Origin: Trichoplax sp. H2
Taxonomy: Eukaryota
NCBI GenBank assembly: GCA_003344405.1
Contig: NOWV01000117.1
Coordinates: forward strand, 124,001-188,000
Length of the DNA stretch: 64,000 bases
Direction of reading: 5' to 3'
In this document: one piece after another, positions 52,201-64,000 of the stretch
Numbering within the stretch: position 1 is the first letter of the stretch
How the letters are laid out: each line of letters begins with the position of its first letter
Notes under the pieces: generated by a model
Seen by the model: only the letters and a program-made list of their open reading frames with translations
What the model was told of the DNA's origin: nothing
Database searches by the model: none
Position numbers and translations under genes: made by a program

Positions 52201-55200
52201 AATATACTGTAAGAGATACTATACGAACCAGTCGAAATTCGCTTTCGGAAACTTTGCCGTCACCGTCTTTATCATATCGCTGGAAAACCCGACGGATATC
52301 TGATGAACTTTGAGTAACACTGTCTTGTAATTTTTTCATGACAGCTTCAGCAGTCATTTTGCCAGTAAGATCATGGGCTCTCTGCTCTACTTTACCAAGC
52401 CTGTAGATTAATAAGAGATTAATATCTTGCTCTTTCGTAAAGACTTTACGAATAGAAAGAAAAATTGCTGTACAAATTTATCAATACAGGTAAGTTTAAA
52501 GTTAAGATGTAAGATGAGATTTGAGGAAAAGATAGAAATGAATTCAGTATACAATGAGACAATTTAGTGTGGCGTTAGTTGATATTTCTACCTAGCAGCT
52601 TGATCATGTAGACGTTTCTGTTCCATTTTATCACTTTCATCGTGAATTTTTGTACTTGTTCCGTAAACATCTCCTTCATTAATTTTAAGACCCTAAATAG
52701 TTTCAGTGATTTAATTTAGCCTTCAAAAAGAATAAGCTTAAAGATTCAATATGAATGTTCACTTCGAGATGATTTTACAACATACCAAACGTTGGACAAA
52801 TTCTTCAAATTGGATGGTACCATCACTATTAACATCGCATCGACTCCAAAACCTAAGTGTAAAGTAATAGTTTCGTCATAAAGGATAAATGATCTCACGA
52901 TAGCTTAGTGTGTAAGCTGAATAAATTTGATGAACTGGCTAAAAGTTAGTATTAAATTTAAACTAGGGTAATAACCGACTTTGTAATGTTCCTTCTGTTA
53001 TAACGTTAGATTCATAGACGAAAATTAGTCGGATATCGGTATTAGCATCACTGATATTATTGCAAATACTGATAAGGATCTGTAAATAACTTCCTTTTAA
53101 TGGTCTAGAATTTCATCTTCAGCTTACGTTTTAAAATGTTCATCCGGAATAACCATAGCATATTCATTCAATAACCGTTTCAATTCGCTTTTAGAGATGG
53201 CTCCATCTTTATCTTCATCGATGGAGCCGAAAGCTTTAGCAAGTGTTGACCAATTTTCAGCAATTTTAATGCGCAGTATATCTTCAGCCTAAAGTATTAT
53301 TAATTAAAATAATATCAACCATGAAAACAATGATGATGTAATAGGATTATTAAAAACATGGCAGCATAAGGCACTTAATCAACTACTCTAGATCTACCTT
53401 TTCCCAGGTCATAGCGATCGGTTTTCTAGTTTCATTAAAGCGATGATTGGATTTTAACCATTTATGCCCATCCTATAAAAATAAGCACAGTAAAAAATGA
53501 AATGACTGACAACTAACTGTGCTAAAATTGCGTGATACAAATATATTGAATAAAGTTTGGTTACAATAGTGTCTAAAATTGCTGGAAAATTCTTCCAATA
53601 AATATTAAAGTAGTGCATCTTTATTTTACTACTGAATATAAATTTAATTTTGGCTCACTAAATTGAATCATTACGATTGTAGAACTAGCTCACAAGCAGT
53701 GATAAATGAAATGATCTGATTACAATTCTCAACATCAGATATTGTGGATGGAATTTGGTTTACGTCTTACCGCAGTTTCTTTCTCTTCAAAAATGTCCAT
53801 AAACTCTTTATACGAGATATAGCCATTTCGGTTTGGATCGAGGCGATTAATAATTTCCCGGAATTGGTTATCACCTAGACGGAAACAAAATTTCTCGATA
53901 ATTCTTCTCATTTCCTTATGGGAAACTCTGCCATCTTTGTCCTAATTTTAATTGGTCATTAGTTTGAGTTAAATAGTGAAAGAGAGTGATTCAACATTGA
54001 ATTATGAATCTCTATCGCAACTTACATCATCAAAAGTTAGAAAAGCTTGTTTAATGCTGGAGTAGCCATCCTTGATCTTTGAATTCAATAGTTTCCAAAT
54101 GTCTTGTGGCTGCATTTCCTTTTGCGATTCCATGATGGGGTTATATCTACAAATAGATTAGGAATTATCCGTCTTGTTTAATAAAAGGATAAAATTTCTT
54201 TAGCTCAGCTAAATTAGGTAAAGTTTTGGTTCAAAATCTCATCAATATTAAGGTAAATTATTTTTAAGCTCCTTCCATTCTAGCATTGATTTACAGTTTT
54301 TTCTTACTTATGACTAGGGCGTATAAGAAGTGTTTGGCCATTAGCAGGTAAAGCATCGGCTTGGAATTTCTGCATAAAGTGCTTCCATGGCATCCTTCCA
54401 GTTGCTCTAAAGCCAAATCTGAATATACAGTAAGAAGTAAAACTGTTATATCTATCCATGATGGCGATAACCTTCTATAATATGTTAATAAAGCTCTTTG
54501 CACGTATACGGTTATCGATTAGCTTACCTATCCATAATTTGTGTAAATAAATTGTCTGGCATAGGAAAAATAAATTTCCCTAAGATGCGGTGCAAGCGAT
54601 CCAATGCGATCATACCATCATCTTTTTCATCAATAGCCGAAAAGGTTGACCATAAATCGTTATAATTTTCGCGAACCTAACATCATATGGTGTACCGCAT
54701 TTTAGAATACTACAGCAACTAAGACAGATTTTAATCCGATTTTCTTACCCGCTTTAAAAATTCCCCTTCAATCTGACTGAGTGATTTTCCTTGTAGGAAT
54801 GAATCTTCAGATTTAACATTTGCATCACCAACGTTGTAATAGCGCGATTTCTCAGTCTTGTATTGTGTGTTGTAGCGATTTTTAGCATTGTCTGGTTCTG
54901 AAAGAGTGTAAATAGATTTCCGTTCAACATATAACTAGTAAAAAAGATACTCTTAAATATAGCTTGTAACTATGATACTGTTAAGAGCCTAGGCAATATA
55001 TGTACTCAGGACTAATTGGCCTGAAAAGATGATCGAACTCACCAGTTGGTTTTTTACCATTTGCTTCTTCTGGCTTAATTGCGTGAAAGTGACTTAAGAA
55101 TCGTACATAATCAAGCGTTGGACTCGTATTGCCAGCAAATTTTGACCATAATCTAATAAATTAAATACCATTATTATTATTATTTATTTAAATCGAATAA

Positions 55201-56530
55201 TCGTAAAAGTAATTTAGCAATTTTACGGTATAGACTTACTTGACAAATTGAGCATCTGTTAATCTTAGGCAAAAATTGTCCATAATTTTACGAAAGTCAT
55301 TTCTCAGGATCTTATTCTGTCTGTCATAGTCGCACATCCTGAATGACTTAAGGATAACTTTTCCTTTGGTGTCCATCTAAGACATAACGACATGATCAGT
55401 GAAAGAGGCTTAGCAATAACTGATGTGGTGTTGAGAATAATCTTTGATTACCTTTTCTTGAATTAATCTTTCAATTTCATCGATAGTATAAAACTGAGTC
55501 GAATCTTGATTGGGAATATGGCTAGAAATAATCGATTAGAAATTATATAGTTGTTGATTTGTGAACCTTCTACATATCAAGCAGAAATTAGTTTCGGAAT
55601 TGATTAATATCAACATTATCAATGGGAAGATTTAGATTGAAGTCCTATTTTGGAACCTGGTAATCCTGGGCAGAGGCGATTTAGTAAGACTTCGTGCTCC
55701 ATAGCTTTGCAAAAATTCGATATATTTAATGTTACCAGAGTCATCCTTTGGGAGCTGAAGATAAATGATACTACAAGTAAGTTTCAGATCGGAATTGGTA
55801 ATGTAGCCTATTCTCTAATAAATACACCATATTTATATCCAGCAACAAGCTGAATTTTACCTTTGCCTGTATCTCATTGAACTGCAAATCAGTTAATGGA
55901 AATAGATATGTTTGAAACACACGACGAAAGTTTGCTAGCCTAATGATTCCTTCATTACTTTCATCGTAGATAGCAAATCCCTGAGAAATTTCAACGCATA
56001 CATTACCGATATAGTAAAAAGATTAGATATCATTATGCAGCTTTAATCATAGAATGGGAAGGGCATATTAATCAGGTGCACTCTAACCCATATTCAATAG
56101 CAACCTTACCTTTTTTATAAAATCCCAAGCTTCGTTGACTTTTGATGCTATTAGGGACTCGATATTGGAAACAGTTAGGTTAGCATCGGCGATGATTGGT
56201 GTAACTAAATTTGGATAATATAAACATAAACGGTAATCAAGAAGTTTTCTATCATTCGTATAGAATTTTATTAGGATTGAACCTTGTTGCAGTTTATTAT
56301 CCAGTAAGACTGTAAGCTTTAAGATTAGAATAAGCAATGGTAAAAAGTTTACCTGACGCGTGGATATTATGAGAGGAATATGGTTGAGGCGATGTCCTGG
56401 ATGTATTAGATACAGGCCTTGGCGAGACTTTGGTATCCGGTGCTGTCCGTGATTTTGGGGATAGCGCCATACCTCGCGCAGTTAGACCTATTGGTGGATT
56501 TCCCACTTCTCTATCTTGTCGCTTGACCAT
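46291..56530 (-). CDS. EFCAB6: Large multi-EF-hand protein, EFCAB6-like, roughly 35-40 short exons
   Basis: ATG at 56530; last exon 46291-46467 ends ..YYNKDLTNKIQYNEFLKQCLVY*. Many exons repeat the module 'AF..FD.D.DG.(V/I)S..EFRR(I/V).(D/E)NFC..L(T/S)D.QF..L...D.N.DG.I.Y.EF', with H(P/K)WL..HRFN linkers. An acidic low-complexity exon lies at 48359-48843. Not every internal boundary was verified. Confidence 0.85.
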
Positions 56531-57775
56531 GTTACTATGATTAAATATGAGTCAATTTTAGAGCCTATAAATTGAGAGACGTTTAGCAGCTGATATCTTA
56601 TCAGCTTATTACCAGTCTACAAGTAAGTACTCGATTAAAAATCAACTGCATTGATTTTGGACAGGATAATTGTTTGCGGTACTATTTAACGTTTCTACCG
56701 TGGTGATTCACAAAGCAAATAAAAATATGAATATAACCTCTAAATGGTTTATGGTATGATTAATTATTGAAAGATGGTATAGCACTTGCCCTCTTTATCT
56801 ATACAAATATCACAGCACATTTTAGTAAATGTATCCTTTTCAATAGTTTGATATCTTTGCGGAATGATACAGGGAAAGCGCATGAAACTACTCGAAATTG
56901 ATACTTAGCGGGCGATACAAAAAAAGGATGTCGGGACGATATGAATTTAGTCTTGTGCATAAAAACCCAAAAATTAGTCAACCGGTATCACAACCTGTTG
57001 ATATCTTCCTATCCATGATTTATAGTATACTGTAAATGATGCCGATTTCGGCGAAATTTAAGGGCTACAGATAGTATTTAGTAGATGAATCTATAAATAC
57101 GTAGGGTATTATGCTGATCTTTCTAAACCTATTCTGGAAAGTTATGCTGTTAACGTACGCCGTCATCTATATTCATCAAATTCTAATTCTGATCAGGTAC
57201 TGGTTACGATAGAGGTATCAAGTTTAGATTTCTATGATAGTAACTGCATCAACATTATCATTGGTAGGTTATTGATATCTTATTAATCTTGAAGTGTTTA
57301 AAGACCATGAAATAGGCTTTGAACTAAATTAAGATCACTTTTCCTCGTCGTTAGCTTTTATAACAGGGAAAACTTCCATGGGGCAAGATAAGCTAGTCAT
57401 GTAAACTTTGTTGTACAGGCTGGAGATAAATTATGAATAGACTGTCAACAAGTACCGAGATTTTGCTGCCAACATGTGAAAAAGACAGGTCTACTCGTTG
57501 TTTCTGTCTAGATTTAACCAATTTCAAACATTATTTTCTTTCTAGCCATACTTACAAATATAACTTTGGATCGCTGTTAAATTTTGTAATCTGTTGAAAG
57601 AGTTCAATGGTTGTAGTTACCTCAACAGGATGAGATAAATACTCTAGGAGGTTAGTTACCATATAATGATTATTATGCCAATCCCATCCTCATAGAAAGC
57701 AATATTCCCTATCTTATCTACCTTGCTAACTCTTGGCTCCCGGTAACCAAAGTAGGCTGTTGATATTACCACGCG

Positions 57776-57791
57776 GTTGCTATGGCACGTG
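57776..57791. promoter_or_regulatory. Candidate RFX X-box (GTTGCTATGGCAC) overlapping an E-box (CACGTG), upstream of the EFCAB6-like gene
   Basis: Close to the X-box consensus GTTGCCATGGCAAC. Further half-site-like matches lie nearby at about 57616, 57655 and 57735. Function is inferred. Confidence 0.4.
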
Positions 57792-58263
57792 ATGAAGAGA
57801 CGAATATTCTATGAGAGAGAGAGAATATGCAAATGTGTTTCTGACGTTGCACAATATGATCATTCAAGATGAACAAAAGGATATTATGACGAAAAAAGAG
57901 CTATTAAATGAAAGGAAGAATAGATTACGATAACATTCATGGAGATTACAGTAGATAACATTGTCTCAATGTCTGCAAAATACTGTAAAAGCCAAACTAG
58001 ATAATACTATCTATTACCTATTCTTCTATTTTTATTTAGACAGTTGTTTTATGATGTTAAAGTTTAACAACCTCTTTACATGATGTTCTTGCTATCTACA
58101 CGTTGTATTGCTACAGTATTGTATGACAAAGTAGTTGAATGTTGCAGCTAGTTTCCATTGATAGAATGTTATTATGTTTTAAAATATTTCGTTAGCCTAT
58201 TGGTGCAGTACTAAAGGTCAAGAAATAAATATTTTATTCATCAATCTTGTTTTCAATACATCC

Positions 58264-58933
58264 TGACTGGTATTAGGCCGGATTATAATGGAGACCTTAG
58301 TAGGACATTATAGAAAAGTCCGTTCAATACGGTCTTTTACGACGATCCATAAATAGAGCTGTCTATGACTGGTTCATTTAATTGGCTAAAAATAATATCT
58401 TGTAATGAACAGGCGACAAGGAATAATAAACGATTTAAGGAAAAGTTCGCTCCATGCAGCCTTTTATGTTGATCCATAACTGTCTATGACTGACTCATCT
58501 GAATTGGCTAAAAATTATATCTTGCAATGAGCTGGCGACACAGAATAATAGAGAACATATGCAAAGTCCCTTTCACGTACGATATTATTTACGTTGATTC
58601 ACAACTGCTTATGACTGGCTCAACTGAGTAAGCTAAAATTAATATTTTGCAATGTACAGGTGTCAAAGAATAACAAAAGGCCTACGTAAAAGTCCGTTCC
58701 GTGTAGTCATTACGTTGATCCACAAATGTATATGACTGGCTCATCTAAATTGGTCCAAATTTGTATCTTGCAATGAACAGGCCTCAAAGAATAACAGAAG
58801 ACTTATAGAAAAATCCGTTCCATATAGTCTTTTACGATGACCCTTAAATAGAACTGTATATGACTAGCTCATCTAAATCGGTCAAAATTAATATCTTGCA
58901 ATAAACAGGCGGTAAGGAATAACAGAAGACTAG
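58264..58933. repeat. Minisatellite, about 5.5 diverged copies of a 121-128-bp unit; outlying diverged copies at about 59040-59190 and 59475-59565
   Basis: TATGACT anchor at 58364, 58485, 58610, 58731 and 58859, each followed by ..AATT(A/T)..ATCTTGCAATGAACAGG..AGAATAA. Confidence 0.92.
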
Positions 58934-59714
58934 TAACATATTTCATTTCTTGTGTCTTTTAGATAATTCGTAATTTTATTCGCACCATAGAGCAAAGAAT
59001 AAACAACTGATTAATAATGTCATCGAAAATGGCTTTTCTGACTGGTCTGTGTATTAGACCAGATGATAATGGAGATCTTAGTGGCATATTCTGTAGCTTA
59101 CGGCCTTTTACAATGATCCAAAAAATAGTGTGGTAAATGAGTGGCCTATCTGAGTACCAGGTCGTTATTAATATCTTGCAGTTAACGAGAGTCGAGAGTC
59201 GGAACACAGCAGGATTCCGAGTACTGTATTTTATTTTTCTTTATTGATTGACTTTGCTTTACTTGAACAAAGCTTAAACAAATGGTTTTAAAACAGTGTA
59301 TGTTATTATTATCTATTCCATACGATCTTTCGGCATTATAAATCACTACTAGTAATAAGACCCTGCAGCATGTGCATTTGCAGTAAATAAATCGTGTTAA
59401 GTGTATTATTTATGGCTATCTTTCTGATGATGAGGTGCAAACTATTAAATAGCATATGAGTATTTTACAATAATGTATTCCATACGGTATGGGTTTTACG
59501 ATGACGAATAACCGGTATAGCTGGCATACCTGATTAACTATAATAACATTTGCAATTAACGGGAAAGCTTGGGGCAATAGCTACTGAATTTGAACTAATC
59601 TAATCCACTTCTATTTCATAAACAGGTGGTGCCAACAAGAGATTTATACTATTGATGTAAATTTCGAACGATTAAATTGGAATAAGCAATCGTTTAGTTG
59701 CGGTTATAAATGAT

Positions 59715-60236
59715 TCGACCGCCACTATTTTCTAAATTGAATACGGTACTATTCATCCATTTACAATTCGTTCATATAACATTTTAACATCAAATAGTAT
59801 ACTTGAGAATAATTCTTTATGGATTACTAAATTCCCTTGATTGATGCCGAAACGTACTTCCGTACCAAAATAGTGTCGATATATGGATTAGAAACAAGCC
59901 GTAAGTAAATCATTTAGTTATGGTTGTGAAAAAATGAATAATCCTAAATTAAAATGGCGCTGTCTATTTACTACTCGTCTACATAACATTTAAGCATCAA
60001 ATGGTATGCATGAGAGTACTTACCCATAGACTACTAAATTCCCTCGGCTGATGCCAAATAATATTCTCCTGAAATAACGTTAATATTTGATTTATAAACT
60101 ATAAAGAAGTAATCGTTTGTTTTTTCGATATAACAAATTAAAAACGCGACTAATTTTAAATTAAACCCACTATTATTTATTCATTTATGGCTTGTTTATG
60201 TACCATTAAAGTATCAGTGGTATACTTGAGAATGCT
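59715..60236. repeat. Degenerate tandem repeat, unit about 206-220 bp, about 2.5 copies
   Basis: ATCA(AA)T(A/G)GTAT(A/G)C(T/A)TGAGA at about 59789, 59995 and 60213; ACTAAATTCCCT..TGATGCC at about 59826 and 60033. Confidence 0.7.
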
Positions 60237-61539
60237 TATTAAATCATCACAGTAAGATTTTATCCTTTAAATAATAATCCGCAGTTATAGAAATTTTATT
60301 AACGAGAATCCATATTGGATTCTGTTTTATTGAAAATCTATATGATTTGATATTGCGGAGAAAAGCTAGAGGCAAGTTTATGCATCCTCTAGACCTCGTA
60401 ATCCAAATCTTTTGGCAGTGTAGCATACTCTAAGTTATTTATAATGTTATTTTTAAGGTCATGTAATAAACACACTACAGTATACATTATTCAAATTAGT
60501 ATAATTAAAATTTACATGGTCTAGTCTGATTTAAATTATTCAATATAAGATCGGTGAGAAAGAAGAAAAGCAACAATGAAATCAATCTAATTTATCAATT
60601 CTTCCAACCTGGAATTATTTTATTATAAATACCCCCTTTAATTAGAGTAAATGCTGTTCTACGTTATATAATTATGTCTAATATCGACACTAAAGAAAAA
60701 ATTCATACTCAACGATTGAAATCAGCCTCGCAACTACCACTCCATCGAAATTGGGTCACAACCTTTTTCATGCTCTCTAGCTAGCTGTAAAGGTCTACCG
60801 CACTTGAAATGGAAACTGAGTAAGGAATTATGGAGCTTTATTTGTTTGATTTACGTCAACTTGAAGGAGATTTATGGTCTTGATCGTCTATCATATTAAT
60901 TAATAATTTAAATAGATGCATCGATTATTTTTCTTATTATGCTTCTTTAAAAATAGCGTAGTGACAGTACAATACTGAATGCAACTGTGAGATTTTAAAT
61001 CAGAATCATTTTATTTACTAACTGCTTGGACTGTCGAACTTCGTATCATTTATACGAAATTTAAGCTTAAGAGCAATCGAAATTCAATATTGGCTTACTT
61101 AAAGCGTTAGCTTTCTATTCGTCAACGCCACTCTATGGTTAGGATTAGCCACGCTTGATCTTATAAGGTTAGTGCTTGGAATAGTATCCATCGAATTTTG
61201 CATATAAAATTTTTACAGTGACGATTTTTTGGCTTCGATTTCCTTAAATCTGATATTAGTGTTTTGATTGTTAAAATAGCGGTTGGAAGCCAACAAGATT
61301 ATTATAGATTGTCGAAAATTTCGAAATTAAGGAATAGAGGCATAGCTATAAATAAAATTAATGAGTAAATTTTCTTTGAACGTTATCATGTAATAGAGGT
61401 GAAGATTTCTTCAGTCGAACATTAAATTTTCTAGACAGGATAGAGTATCATCCAACCTTTTCATCTAATCCCTTCCTATACAGCTGAAATTGTCAAGGTC
61501 TTGCGGTACTTTAAGAACTGGTCAAAATTATTCTTGGGA

Positions 61540-64000
61540 ATGATGGCAAACTGCCATATTATTGTACTAGCTTGTATTTTTTTCTATAAAATAGTCTTAT
61601 TCTCCAATGCAGAGCCAGGTAAATTCTATTATCCTTTACATCATATTAGTAACTGTTTGACCTAGATAAATTCTAATCTATTGTCATCATAATTGAGTTA
61701 TTAATACTATACTTATTCATGTCCTATCCTTAATATTTCTTACCCTTCCATCGTTCCGTTAGTATTAAGCAATTATTAACATGAATCTATCAAAGTATGT
61801 ATGGTGTTATTTACAGTTAATTAATTTAGGACATGTTTCGTTAATTACTGCAAGTTATCCCTTAATCATAATAATTTAGTTCATGCATTCAACCTTAAAT
61901 ATTAATTTTTCTATCCGTTAAAGTTTACAGAATGATTTCAAACAGTCTTTCCTCCATTACTTTTATGAATAGAGATAGAAGGATTACAAATTGTGACGAT
62001 TAAGCACTTTTCTTCAATGGAATTTATTTTTCATCCGTTTTCCTATGTTCTATACAATACCTTTATGATAGAAAGGAGGCAATTGTTGGGTTAGTTCCTA
62101 AATCCTGTTCCTTGTAAGTATCATTATCAAGAATACTATTTACTAGCATATGCCAGCTTCTGCTATATCAAGGATAAGGATATGAGGAGACAAGTTGCGT
62201 GTTTGTAAGCTTTAGAGCCTTGAGAATGAAAAGTCTAAATTGAGCAAGTGCTTAAATAATTTTCTGCCTCTGCTTGGCATTAAATGAATACCAGATGCGG
62301 ATTTACAACCATTTCAATGCATTAAGATAGAAATGAACTACTGTTAGAAATAGATTATTGAAGGAAGGAAAGAAGTCAAATCTTTTTTTCCTTTCTTGCT
62401 ATCTAGTTAAAGCGGAACGAGATTTAGATAAACTAATATTTCTTGAGATGGAAAATATTAATGGTAACAAATCATCGGCTCAATTAATTATAAAAGAGAT
62501 GATTAAACCGACGAAAAAAGAAGCCATAAAATCACCCTTTCTAGTTATTAAATGAATAGAGCACGGAACTGAGGATATTACCATAGAAAGTAGTTTATTG
62601 ACGATATACGAGTTACCACATAAATACAAGATAGGCCCTTGGAATTAGGAGGAAGAAAGAAGTAATCGAAAAATTTCACCATTTAGTTCTTGCTTTCGAA
62701 ATCGATTACAGTCTGAAATGAAGTTTTTTAATTGAATTAAATCCTACGAGAAATAGAAAGTTTAAAAGTAACGGAAAAGAAATGCTATTCTCATTGTACC
62801 ATCCAAGTTAAGCTGTTTCAAGACACTCATTACATATATCTTATTCAATCTAAACCTAGATCGAAAATTTTCCTTAGGAAATGTCGGCAAAGAATTTCAC
62901 ATTGGATTTCCAAGGGCAATAAATATCAAAAAGATATGTCCACCAACTATTACTATTACCAGTGGACTAGAGCCTGCAACTGTTAATGTTACTAATAACG
63001 CCAAAATAAGAAGTTCTACGCGTTACTACAAGGTCCCGCCTAACCAATCTCTCTCCATTGAATTGGATATCGAATTAGCAAAGCCTGATGTTGGCATCAC
63101 CAACCGAACAGTTTTTATCCAGTCTGATCGAGATATTTCTGTTTCTGTCTATCAATGCCAGCTGAGCTATCTTGCCTTGCCTAAAGCTTGTAATAGTAAC
63201 GAATATCTTGTTTTAACTTTACCAATCGATTTACTTAACCCAGAAAGATCGAATTTGATGATTATTGCAAGCCACGGAGCGACAAAAATTCAAATCAACT
63301 TTACAAAAGCCATTTCTTATCATAGTCCATCTTACTTTGATCATCCTCGATTGAATATTGATTTGCAACCTTTGCAGGCTTTTTATGTTGAATCTTTCGA
63401 CGATTTAACCGGTACGACTATTCTATCCCAATCACCTGTAACTGTTTTTGCAAGCAACTATTTTACAGGTCACAAGAAGCAATCAAAAAAGAATTCTTAC
63501 AATATTGCTATGCAATTACCTGGAGTTCAGTACTGGGGTCGAAATTATATCTTACCTGCAGTGGAAGCAAATCAAGGCCTTGATCGATATAGAATTATGG
63601 CTGCTCATGAACAAACTACAATCTTTAAACAATTTAATTCTCATGCTTGGACTTTATCCAAAGGTGCAGTACTGGATTTAGTTAAAGAGATTAGTATAGC
63701 TACCCTTGTTTTATGCGATAAACCATGTCTGGTAGTCTATACTGGCCGATTTGCTATACAAGACAAGGCTATGATCGATCCAATGATGGTTATTATGCCT
63801 TCTTTTCGTCAGTTTTTGCCACACTATTCCTTTTCAACGGGAGAATTCAATCCCTCTTATACTTATTTTGTTCATGTTGTTTTACGTCAACGATATCAAG
63901 GAGAGTTAATCATGGATGGAAAGATAATCAAAGATCAAACTAAATCTAATTTTACTCTTGCTCCATATAAAATCATTTCCATCAAGGTTGATTCTGGCTT
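61540..64000 (+). CDS. Secreted or cell-surface protein with an IgGFc-binding-protein N-terminal domain (FCGBP-like); continues past the window end
   Basis: Signal-peptide exon 61540-61618 (MMANCHIIVLACIFFYKIVLFSNAEP, phase 1, GTAAAT donor) joins an exon from 62860 that stays open to 64000. Motifs GKEFHIGF, VFIQSDRDISV, SYLALP, DLTGTTILSQSPVTVF, QLPGVQYWGRNY and DPMMVIMPSFRQFLPHYSF are typical of the IgGFc_binding domain. The track omits it because there is no stop in the window. Confidence 0.88.

Noticed and set aside
46432..55853. Plus-strand ORFs overlapping the EFCAB6-like gene
   Set aside because: Antisense shadows of real minus-strand exons.

Overview
AT-rich, intron-dense eukaryotic (animal) DNA. 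Short GT-AG introns and the gene content would fit a compact early-branching metazoan such as a placozoan, but that is inference only. Most of the supplied ORF track is noise, so gene models were built by splicing by eye. In order, the window holds: the 3' part of an UNC-13/Munc13 gene (+, 1-4357); a complete 5-exon DDA1 gene that the ORF track misses (-, 7265-9247); a repeat complex at about 9.5-13.8 kb with a CAGTA/TACTG-rich segment duplicated across a 20-N gap, a nested solo LTR with a visible empty site, a 279-bp tandem array and a MITE; a single-coding-exon coiled-coil gene of unknown function (-, 17334-18410); a ~21-kb stretch without recognisable coding exons; VPS28 (+); a NUDT18-like Nudix hydrolase (-); a ~10-kb EFCAB6-like multi-EF-hand gene (-) with X-box-like motifs upstream; minisatellites; and the start of a secreted IgGFc-binding-domain protein (+, runs off the end). 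I found no convincing novel biological system. The best leads are the filled/empty solo-LTR pair, the palindromic CAGTA tracts upstream of two housekeeping genes, the short MUN-domain loop in UNC-13, and candidate recursive splice sites in the gene-poor stretch. All homology calls rest on remembered sequences, not searches.
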